Assembly (NCBI GenBank): GCA_963422375.2 | Contig: OY729427.2 | Coordinates: 1,248,001-1,312,000 of the forward strand | Length of the DNA stretch: 64,000 bases | Origin: Bryobacterales bacterium | GTDB lineage: Bacteria > Acidobacteriota > Terriglobia > Bryobacterales > UBA6623 | Direction: 5' to 3' | Part shown: positions 22,293 to 32,095 of the stretch, piece after piece | How the letters are laid out: every line of letters begins with the position of its first letter | Numbering within the stretch: position 1 is the stretch's first letter | Position numbers and translations under genes: made by a program | The notes under the pieces: generated by a model | The model's database searches: none | Told to the model about the DNA's origin: nothing | The model's input: the letters and a program-made list of their open reading frames with translations, nothing else

Positions 22293-22544
22293 CCTTGCCT
22301 CCCCGGTGACGCCGCGTAGCAGCCGGTGTCGGTGACACAACCAGTCGGCCGGACCGATCCCGCTGTCCGCCCGTGATACCACCCGCAACCGGTAGGCACC
22401 AGCGAAGGCGGCGTCCGCAAGGCATGTCGCCGACTGCGTCCGAACGTCTCTCCCCGCGTGCCCGGAAAGGGAAAGGTGATTCCCCGGGGCTCCCCAGCGT
22501 GCGGCGTGCCCGTCCTAGGGAAGCGGCCTGGTGCGAGGGGACTT

Positions 22545-22995
22545 TCACGGATCCCGACGGACAACGGCTAGGGACGCGAGCAACGACTTCGGCCCACGGT
22601 TCTCCGCTTCCGTCTTCCGCCGGGCGTCGGCTTCCCGCCGGGCTCGCGCTTCCGCGCTCGCCCGCGCAGCCTCGGCCGCCTCCTTCGTCCCTACGGCTTC
22701 CGCGCGCGCCGCTTCAGACACATTGCGCTCCTGCATGAACCGCAAGTGGTTGCGTAACACTCGCCCCGACGCCGCGTCCCATAGACGCAGGTCCAGCCCG
22801 TCCACCCAGGCCTCCAGTTCCAGCACCTCGCTGCGCAGCACCGGACGGCCGTCCCAGCCCCGGCTCAGGAGTTGCGGCGGGTAGCTGCCCGCCGCCGAGC
22901 GCATGCCCTGCAGCCGCTCGGGCATCAGACCGCGTTCCGGGTCGAGCTGCTAGTACTCCCGCGCGCCTAGCCGCAGATACTCCCGCGCCTTGGCT
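22545..22995 (-). pseudogene. Uma2/DUF820-like endonuclease C-terminal fragment
   Basis: KAREYLRLGAREY*QLDP...RSEVLELE..LRLWDAASG followed by an E/A/R-rich coil; 5' part missing next to IS1380. Confidence 0.7.
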
Positions 22996-23010
22996 TGGCG
23001 GGAGTTCTAG

Positions 23011-24710
23011 CCCGCATTATTCACGAATGCGGCGCAGGCTCATGGGTCCAGTTTCCGGGCCCTCGATGGCCGCCAAATCTGCTTCCGAAACGCCTGCGGG
23101 CGGGGAATGCTGGGCTTGCGGGGCGTCTCGCGAGCGGCGTGCGGGCCGCGGACACCTCCTCGGCGGGACCCGCCCGGAGGGCAGGCACGGTTTCCCCCGG
23201 CGCCTGCCGACACTCTCCGGATGGACCCGGCCCGGCGTCATATCGGCACGGCCCCCAAGCCCCGCGCCACCACCACCCGGGCGTCCCGGAACGGTGCCAT
23301 CCGCGGCACTCGCAGCACGATCGGCTTCGGCAGGCCGAGGCGCAACCCGTCCACCCGGCGCTTCCGCAGCGGCGTGTCCCGTGCCTGCCAGCGCAGTTCC
23401 TGCATGATCACGCAGGCCGCCGCCGCGAGCGGCGCGCGGAACCGGTTCGCCGCGAAGCTCGAGCAGCTGGCGCGGTCCATCCGCATCCCGTGCTCGAGCT
23501 CCTTGACGCGGTTCTCCACGTCTCCCCGCAGGCAGTGGATCCGCTCGTAGAGGCGCTGCGGGCTGCCGCCCGCGTTGGTCACCACGTAGCGCGGGTGCCA
23601 CTGCGGGGCGCGCCCGGGAAACTCGCTCGCGTCCGCCTTGACGATCACCCGCCGCGCCCGCGACCGGCGGCCCGCCCGCTAGACGAACTGCCCGTGCAGC
23701 GGGCCCGGGTTCTTGCCCGCGGCCGCCGCTGCCCCGCCGGGGGCCGCGCGCCGCTCCGGCACCGCGTTCTTCTGCAGGCACGCCACGCACTCCAGGCCCT
23801 CGCGCTCGCCATAGGCCAGCAGCTCGTCCCCTTGGAAGCCCGCGTCCAGGCGCAGGCGCAGCGTCGCCCGCGGGAAGAATTCCCGCAGCAGCGGCAGCAA
23901 GCCCTGCGCCGCCGCGAGATGCCGCTCGCGCTCGTCGTCGAAGCGCACCGCGCCCACCAGCGGCAAGTAGCAATGCGTGTCGTGGAAGCGGTTGCACAGC
24001 GCCAGCTGCCGGCCCCCGTGCGGCGGCTCGCAGGTCGGGTCGAAGTCCAGCTCGACGATCCTCGTCTCAGGGCGCCGCTCGTGCCGGCGCCGCACGACGC
24101 AGCGGGCCGGCACCGCGGACAGCGCGCTCGGCGCGTCCGCGGTGCCGGCGTTCTCGAAGCGCGACAAGGTGGGCCGGGACGGCAGGTCGCGGCCCTGCCA
24201 GGGGTCGCGCCCGAGCGGCAGCTTGAACACGGGGCCGCCGCCGAGGCGCCCGGCGTCGTTGCAGTCCTCGCAGCCGCAGGCGAGGCCGTAGATGCGCTGG
24301 CGGAGCCTGTCGGCGAGGGGGTGCAGCGCCTCGGAGGGCTGGCGCCGGTCGCGCAGGCAGTCGGCGAACGCCGCGGTGAGTCCGGGAGCGCGGTCGGCGA
24401 TCACGACCGGGACAGCGCCGCCGTCGGAGCTGCTGCGCTCGTGATCGAAGCGGGCGGCGACGGGGCGACTTAGCGGATTGCGGAACGGAAGGCCTTGGGA
24501 GCCTGCGGCTGCGACCATGGATTCAATAGCACCTACCGGCTGAAAACAGTTGCAGTCAATTGACTTGGATCTCACCCGAACCGGGCCGGGGTTGCCGCCG
24601 GGGATCGCAGGGCACTCGTGGGAGCGAGAATCGCGCTGGACCGGAGGCCCTCACGGCCCGGGCGGAGGGACCGGACTATGGCCCTCCGGGCTACTCATGA
24701 ATTATCCGGG
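23011..24710 (-). mobile_element. IS1380-family element, degenerate transposase
   Basis: TIRs CCCGCATTATTCACGA / TCATGAATTATCCGGG flanked by CTAG on both sides; LRQRIYGLACGCEDCND, SRPTLSRFEN, RLDAGF and RGDVENRVKE motifs. Confidence 0.9.
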
Positions 24711-24714
24711 CTAG

Positions 24715-26497
24715 CAGCCTGTCGGACTTAGGGCCCCGGCTGGTCTTGAATCCGCCCTGCGTGTCTTCCCAATCATCTAGGAGCCCGTGTAATTGGCGGG
24801 AAGTACGAGCATCGACTTCACGATTCTCTGACAGCTATCAGATAGATTCATGACGAAGTTCGTGCCTTGCGACCGCGAGCAGCCCTTCCTGCTGCCCGTC
24901 GACATGAGCGACTGGGTCCCCTCCGACGACCTCGCCCATTTCGTCATCGAGGCGGTCGACCATGTCGACCATGTCGACTTCCAGCGCTTCCGCGTCAACG
25001 AGCGCGGCACCGGCTCGGCGCAGTACGAGCCGCGCATGATGCTGGCCCTGCTGATCCACTGCTACGCCAGCGGCATCTTCTCCTCGCGCCGCATCGAGCG
25101 CGCCACCTACCGCGACATCGGCGTGCGCTTGGTGGCCGCCAACCTGCACCCCGACCACGACACCATCGCCAAGTTCCGGCGCGAGAACTTCGACGCCGTG
25201 GGCGAGTGCTTCCTGCAGGTGCTGCTGCTGGCGCGCGAAGTGAACGTGCTCAGTGAACGTGCTCAGTGAACGTGCTCAGTGAACGTGCTCAGTGAACGTG
25301 CTCAGTGAACGTGCTCAGTGAACGTGCTCAAGGTCGGCGCCGTCAGCGTCGACGGCACCAAGATGGACGGGTCGGCCAGCAAGCACCGCTCGGCAACTTA
25401 CGCCCGCGCCGGCGAGCTGATCGAGCAATTGCAGGGCGAGATCCGGGAGCTGCTGGCCCAGGCGGAAGACGCCGACGCGCTGGCGCCGGAAGACGCCGGG
25501 CGGCTGCCGCGGGAGATCGCGCGGCGGGAGGACCTCAAGCGCAAGCTGGAAGAGGCGCGCGAGCGCCTGGAGCGCCTGGAGCGCGAGGCGCGGCAGCGGG
25601 CGGAGGCCGGGCGGGCCGAGTACGAGCGCAAGGTGCAGGCGCGAGGCGCGCAAGGGGGCCGGGCGGGCGCCGAAGCCGCCGAGCGAGGAGCCGGACCCCA
25701 AGCGGCAGTCGCACCTGACAGACCCCGAGAGCGCGCTGATGCGCAAGAACGCGCAGGCGGAATTCCGGCAGGGATACAACGCGCAGGCGAGGGTGGACGC
25801 GGACGGCTCGCAGCTGATTCTCGGGCAGGGCGTGACGAGCAGCGCGCACGACAAGGGCGAGCTGGCGAACGGGGCGGAGTCGATTCCGGCGGAACTGGGC
25901 CGGCCGGCGGCGGTGCTGGCGGACAACGGGTACGCGAGCGAGGCCGAGGCGGCGAAGGTCGAGGCGACGGGGGTGGAAGCCTGCGTGGCGACGGGGGCGG
26001 AGGGCCGCCGGCGGCAGCGCGATTTCCGGCCGGAGACGGGCAAGGAGCCGCAGCCGCCGAAGAAGGACTGGCTGCGAGACATGGCGGGGAAGCTGGCGAG
26101 CGACGAGGGCCGGGACCTGTACAAGCTGCGCAAGCAGACGGTGGAGCCGGTGTTCGGGATCATCAAGTCGGTACCGGGGTTCCGCAGCTTCTCCCTGCGG
26201 GGGATCGAGAAGGTGCGAGGCGAGTGGAGTCTCGTCGCCCTGGCGTACAACTGCAAGCGGCTGCACGTCTTGCAACTGGCGCAAGCGGCCTGATCGCGCG
26301 TCTTTCGTCCCGCAACCGGCCGGACGGCCCCGGAAACGGCCCCGGAAAGCCCCTTGAGGCCCCGTACGGGCCTTCCGGCCCCGAAAACCCGCCCGGGAGG
26401 GAAACGCCGTATCCGCCCGAAATCGCCGCTTGGAGCGGATCCGACCCCGCCAGCAGGTTTTCCGGCGTTGTCTCAGGCCCCTAAGCCCGACAGACTG
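24715..26497 (+). mobile_element. IS1182-family element, transposase (24850-26293) disrupted
   Basis: TIRs CAGCCTGTCGGACTTAGGG / CCCTAAGCCCGACAGACTG flanked by CTAG; FSSRRIE, PDHDTIAKFR, VDGTK, ADNGY and VEPVFGIIK motifs. Confidence 0.9.
25239..25329 (+). repeat. Seven perfect tandem copies of the 13-mer AGTGAACGTGCTC inside the IS1182 transposase
   Basis: Direct count; a single copy restores AREVNVLKVGAVSVDGTK. Confidence 0.95.
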
Positions 26498-26547
26498 CTA
26501 GGGCACCGGACGCCGCATGCAGTTTCGCGGCGAGCGGGACCGCCGTC

Positions 26548-26826
26548 TCAGGGGAAGAAGGCCAGCTTGACCAGCAGTGCGATGATCACTGGTCCGTAGG
26601 CGAACTTCACGAGCGCCATGTCACGGCCAAGGCGCGCCTCGAGATCCTTGAGGGCGAGTTCGAGCCGCTTGATCTCCGCCCCCAAGCGCACCTCGAGATC
26701 CGTCAGGTCAGCTTTCGTTGCTAGGTCTCCCGTGCCGGGGACGGCCAAGGCCGCCTCCCTGGCCAACTCCTCGTCCGCTCCCGCATTGACCAAGGCCCGG
26801 TAGACCTCCGCCACCATGACGCTCAT
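26548..26826 (-). CDS. DUF1640/CCDC90-like small coiled-coil protein with C-terminal TM
   Basis: YRALVNAGA...DLATKADL motif, heptads, hydrophobic C-terminus; AGGAGG upstream. Confidence 0.75.
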   Translation of the reverse strand: MSVMVAEVYRALVNAGADEELAREAALAVPGTGDLATKADLTDLEVRLGAEIKRLELALKDLEARLGRDMALVKFAYGPVIIALLVKLAFFP

Positions 26827-28040
26827 TGCTGGTTGCCTTCCTCCTGGAATCCGGTCGCTTCATTCACGCCCGGAACGCCGGATCCCGCTCCGATCAGTAT
26901 CGCAGGCGCTGGAAGTCGCTGATGCCCATGAATCCTAGCACACGCGACCGTCAGGCCCTAGTTCGTCTCCGCACTGCGCGCCCGACCCGCGACCTGTCCA
27001 AGGCGACCCGAATCCGCTGAGGGAGGGGATCCCAGCGCGATGTACGCTTGGCCGGGGCCTACGGGCGGGCAGGGGGACCTCGGGTCCGCCGCTGCGGCCG
27101 TGCAGGGACCACGGAGTCCCGGAGGCCGACGCCGCGACTCGGCGCGGCGCGGCGCGCGGCGCAAGGCCACGCCGGCAGATCTCGTGCTCGACCGCTCGCC
27201 GGGCTGCTGGACCCGGCTCCGTCGGGGTACCCACGCTGCAGGTGCAGGTCCTTCAACTGCTCCACCCGTCCGGTCGTGCGTTGCGCCGCCTCGCGGATGC
27301 CGAAGCGGATGGCCGTCGGCCGTCTCTGTACGCCCGAGCGGAAGAGCGCTTGGAGACGCCCCGAAGCGCGTGGAGGCTTCCGAGAAGCGTTGGTGCATGA
27401 AGGCCGCCAGCAATCTGACAGGGGCGACCTGAACCGTGGCGACATCGATCCGGTCCGCGAATTCCGCGGCCCTCCTCATTGCTCGCGCCGTCCCTGTCTG
27501 CCCGGGCTGGCCGTGCCTGAGGCAGGGGTTGACTCGTCCGCACCCGTTGCCGACTCTGCAGGGCCGGGGGCGGGGCGCCAAGGACGAGCCTCCGTTGTGC
27601 GCCCGCACTCGGCAAGCCTGCGGAAGAGGAGGGACTCGCCTTTGGGAGACCCCCTGCCGACCGCGAGGGCATCCCGGTCGCCGCGAAGCATGACCCAGGC
27701 AGCCGTCGGCCGGGAGGGCCGTATCCGAGCGATGCGCCTTCCCGCCCCGCCGCGAAAGCCATCTTCTGACGCACTTCGCCCGCCGCCCATCTCCACGGGA
27801 CCAAGCCTTGGCACCCCGAGGAGGGCTCTGACATCAGTCAGCCTCTTCGCGTGGCCGGGGGCCGGCTCGCAAGAAGCTGTCGGGCTTGGGCGCGGGCGCG
27901 GGCGAAGCCTGCGACCGTCCACTCGGATAGCGAACGCCCGTTGGCCAACGATCCGGCCCGCTCGGCGGTGCAACGCCCCACCGCGTCGACGCACGTCACA
28001 CCCCCCCCCTCCCCACCCAGACCCAATCAGCCTAAGCAAC

Positions 28041-31000
28041 CCCGCGCCCCAGCCCGCGCCCTTCCAGCCCCAGCCCGTCGAGGTCGCCCTCGGCCAGCAC
28101 GGCGGCAAGCTCACCCTCATGACCAAGGAGGGCGGCGGCTTCACCCTCAACGGCGAGGACGTCGCCGACGGCGCCCCCGTCACCGGCGAGGAGAACGGCC
28201 TCGCCTACAAGCTCGCCCTGGCCGACGGCAAGTGGGCCGCCGAATACCAGGCCGCCTCCGCCTCCGTCATGCTCGGCCAGCTCGGCGGAACCCTCGCGCT
28301 CTCCCAGAACGAGGACAAGACCTGGTCCGCCGGCGGGGAGGCCCTGCCCGAGAACCTCACCGTCCCCGGCGACAACGGCCTCCACTACAAGCTCGCCCTG
28401 GGCGAGGACGGCGCATGGAGCGCCGAATACCAGGCCGCCTCCGCCTCCGTCATGCTCGGCCAGCTCGGCGGAACCCTCGCGCTCTCCCAGAACGTCGCCG
28501 TCGGCCTCGCCGGCAGCCTGCCGCTCTACCGCGCCGAGGACGGCTCCTGGTCCGCCTCGCCCGAGCCCGGCGGCGACCCCGTCGCCTCCGGCGACGCCTA
28601 CACCGCCGCCTTCCGCCCCGACACCGTCACAGTGAGCGGCGCCCCCCTCGCCGCCAGCACCCTCGAGGGCGGCAAGGGCTGGACCCTCTCCGACCCCGCC
28701 TCCGGCGCCTCCGCCGAGCTCGCCGCCTCCGGCGACGCCGGCGACGCCGACCTCCAGGGCAGCCTCTACCGCGTCCTCGCAACCGACGACGGCCTCCGGG
28801 CCGATCGCTACGACCTCCCGATCAAGGGCAGCCCGTTCGTGAAGGCCCTAAAACCAGCTGAGGGCGCTGCCGCGAAGCCCTCGCTCAGCGCCGACAATGC
28901 CGACACCCCCGCCGACGAGGGGGGCACCGAGCTGCTCGTCGGCGGCACCTCCTTCGACATCGGCCGGATGCTCGACGACGGCTCCGACACGCGCCCGCGC
29001 GACTCCGACCCGACCTTCGTCGAGGACGCCGTCAAGGACCTCGTCGCCATCCGCGGGGTCATGGAGGCGCTCGTCGAGAATCTCACCGGGGCCGACGACC
29101 GGACGAACCTGACGAACGCCCTCACCACCCAGTGGAACAAGGCCGACGATGTCATCAAGAGCGTCTTCGGCAAGAAAGGGCTCGTCGAACAAGGCGTGGC
29201 GGACACCACTCCGCGGCGCGCCGTCGGGGCCCTGCAGGACGTCATCGACGCCCTCTCCAGCGCCGCGGACGCCTAGCCTGCCACGGGAACCTCGAGACGC
29301 GCGAGGCGGTCGGCGTGTGGTCCGTCGGGGAGGCTAGCACCGTGGCGGACGCCGACAGCAGCTACATCTCCGACGGCTTCGGCGCGGCCTACGACCGCGC
29401 CGAAACCGTGGAAGTCGGCGACGTCTCCGGGGCTCCGGGGGCTTCACAACAACCAAGACCTCGGGGCGGGCGGGCCGCCCGAATGAGAACAACGGCGGCC
29501 TCACGTCGTCAAGCCTCCTCTACCAGTTCCCCTGGAAGGGCGGGATCAAGTTCGGCCCGGCGCTGGGCAACAAGAAGCTGAGGCTGACCTACGCACGGCG
29601 AAAGCTCGATGTGAGCTACATAGTGCTTGTGACAAAACCCCTGAATTCTGGCCTGACCAGCATTTCATACTACATCCTGATGTCGGATGGATCTCCAAAC
29701 ACAACATATAGGGCCCAAGGTCGGAAGTTGCTCAGCCGCCAATCGCGAAGATTTCCGCGCTCTACCCAGAATTGGCAGGACTTCGGACTAGTCGTAGCAT
29801 TCCAGTGAAATCTTCGCCTTGAGAGATTGGACCTAACGCCTTTGTTGTCAAGGGGATACGAGTTTTGTCACAGGCACTACATACAGAGCGGCGGCAGAAC
29901 CGCTACGACGCACGCTTCCTCGGACTACAAAACCGACCGGGACAAGCCGGCCAAGGTGGCGCACCAGCTCGCCCTCGAGACGCTGTTTGGCGAGGGCTAT
30001 CCCGCGGACACGGCCACGTTCTGGCCGGACATTACCTTCGGGCAGTCCCACTGCCACCAGTTCCGCGGCCAACTCCAGCCGGGGCTGGCGCGCGACAAGA
30101 TCGAGGCCGCCTACCAGAAGCCAAAGAACGTCGCCGCACTGCCGTCCACGGACGCCTGCGCCAAGGTCAAGGGCGAAACGCGCAGAAACGTCTGGGAGAG
30201 CGTCGGCACGGCCTTCGGGGAGCGCATCATCCCCCATAAGCACTTCGACGTCACGGACGACGGCGACACTCTCGAGAACGCCGTCTTCGGCGCCTACCCG
30301 GGCGACGACGAGGAAGCTCTGAAAATGATCGAGGCGCTGCTCGGCACCCTGCAGGACCCCGAGGATCTCGCGACGGCTCTGGAGACCGGTGCCGACGGCG
30401 GGTTCATCAGCAAGCGGCTGAAGACTGCCGCCACCTCCCCCAAGGACGGTGACAAGCTAGTCAGGCTAGGGTACCTGAGCCTGGACGCGTAGGCCATCGC
30501 CAACCGCGCCGAGATGGAGACGCTCGTCGAGACGGCCTCTACGGAACACACCCGCTTCGGCGCATGGCAGGCGAGGATCAACCCGTACGCCAAGTACAGG
30601 GATGGCGAGAACGGCTCGGGCTACCGATTCGAATACGATAGCAAGAACCGCTAGGACGTCTTCGCCTACAGCCCGCTGCCCCAGGCCGTCTACCGCAACA
30701 CGAAAGATGCGCGCTACCCGGGTGACGCGACCCTGTACTACTCCGGCGAGCCCCGGGCCGTGCTTCAGGGACTGTTCTACGTCGGCCAGGTCGAGGCCAC
30801 GGTGCGCTGGAAGTCCTCGAGTATCGACGACAGCGAGATGGACCTCGTGATCCGCGACCTGTCCCACGAAGACATCGGCAGGCTGCGGTACTTCGACGAG
30901 CGGGATGACCTCAATGACCGGGGCATGCGCAAGAGCAACAAGTCTGCCATGGAAGAGTCCGAAAAAAGCGGAAAGGAGATCGAGGGGATTATCTTCAGCG

Positions 31001-31398
31001 GGATCAAGCTCAGTACCAATGACAACCACAAGCTCGGGGTCACCCATCAGCGCACCGGATACCACCGCGGGACCCGGGTACAGAACGAGAACGACGCCCC
31101 CCGTTGGTTTGCCCTTGCGGACTACACGGCGGAAGAAAACGGTGACGACATGAATGTCCGGCTGTAGCTGGCGGGTCTGCAGGACCTCGTGGAACCCACC
31201 AACCACTACACACCTGAGGAGAATGAACCTGCCGGATCCCGGGTCAACGCGAAATTCGCAGGCAAGACGGAGGCCGGCCCGGTCGGGATTGTCGGCCGCT
31301 ACCAACTGTGGACCCACGATGCGCTCGCGAACGGGAACCTGATGGGGGTCAAGAATGGACTGGTCGGCAGTTTCAGCGCGGAGGTGCGACGACCCTAG
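28041..31398 (+). pseudogene. Giant lipoprotein copy 2: signal-less, deleted, mosaic cassette
   Basis: Homology starts at the PAPQPAP linker with no ATG or lipobox; fewer repeats; stop and deletion at 29274; MITE at 29623; in-frame TAG at 30490, 30652 and 31165; ends with the barrel motif GIVGRY..LVGSFSAE. Confidence 0.88.
29623..29877. mobile_element. MITE family A, 255 bp
   Basis: TIRs GTGCTTGTGACAAAAC / GTTTTGTCACAGGCAC; 6-bp TSD TACATA; removal restores KLDVSYIQSGGR. Confidence 0.92.
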
Positions 31399-31425
31399 GG
31401 TGGATCATGATCCGCGAGCTTCTAG

Positions 31426-31778
31426 CCCGGATAATTCATGAGTAGCCCGGAGGGCCATAGTCCGGTCCCTCCGCCCGGGCCGTGAGGGCCCCCGGTCCAG
31501 CGCGATCCTCACTCCTAGGAGTGCCCTGCGCGACCGGCGGCAGCCCTCCGAGGCGCTCCACTCCCTCGCGGACATGCTCCGCCAGCGCGTCTACGGCCTC
31601 GCCTGCGGCTGCGAGGACTGCCACGACGCCGGGCGCCTCGGCGGCGACCCCGTGTTCAAGCTGCCGCTCGGGCGCGACCCCTGGCAGGGTCGCGACCTGC
31701 CGTCCCGGCCCGCCCTGTCGCGCTTCGAGAACGCCGTCACCGCGGACGCGCCGAGCGCGCTGTCCGCGGTACCGGCCC
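31426..31778 (+). mobile_element. IS1380 left-end remnant
   Basis: CTAG followed by CCCGGATAATTCATGA, inverted match to 24620-24710; LRQRVYGLACG fragment. Confidence 0.8.
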
Positions 31779-31940
31779 GACAAAACCCCTGAATTCCGGC
31801 CCGATCAGCATTTCATGCTACACTCTACCCGGAATTGACACGATTTCGCGCTAGCCGTAGCGTTCCAGCGAAATCTTCGCCTTGGGAGATTGGCCCTAAC
31901 GCCTTTGCTGTCAAGGGGATGCGAGTCCTGTCGCAGTCAC
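31779..31940. mobile_element. Degenerate, internally deleted MITE family A copy
   Basis: GACAAAACCCCTGAATTC...GAAATCTTCGCCTTG...TGTCAAGGGGAT matches 29630-29877 with a central deletion. Confidence 0.75.
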
Positions 31941-32046
31941 TATCCGGACAGTTCCCTGGGCTAGAGCCGCCAGTCGCGAGGACCCAGCGCGTTAGGGACG
32001 CCGCCTCGGCCGGGGAGTGCGAGCGTCGGCATGCATGGGACAAACG

Positions 32047-32082
32047 AAAAAGCGGGGGGGCGATTGAACTGCCCCCCCCGCT
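32047..32082 (-). terminator. Intrinsic terminator after lipoprotein copy 3
   Basis: On the minus strand, a GC-rich stem AGCG(G)n...(C)nGCT followed by TTTT, ~13 nt after the stop codon. Confidence 0.8.
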
Positions 32083-32095
32083 GCGCGGCGTGCGG

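Noticed and set aside
25239..25329. 13-mer array as a CRISPR array
   Set aside because: Units are contiguous with no spacers, too short, inside a transposase, and there are no cas genes.
27048..28040. N-terminal part of the 742-aa ORF as a real start for copy 2
   Set aside because: Low-complexity Arg/Pro/Ala translation with no signal peptide; homology starts only at 28041. The C9 run at 28001-28009 does not bring a lipobox into frame.
30490..31167. Three in-frame TAG codons in lipoprotein copy 2 as amber recoding or readthrough
   Set aside because: Intact genes here, including copies 1 and 3, terminate at TAG followed by terminators. Copy 2 also lacks a start and carries deletions and a MITE, so nonsense decay is simpler.
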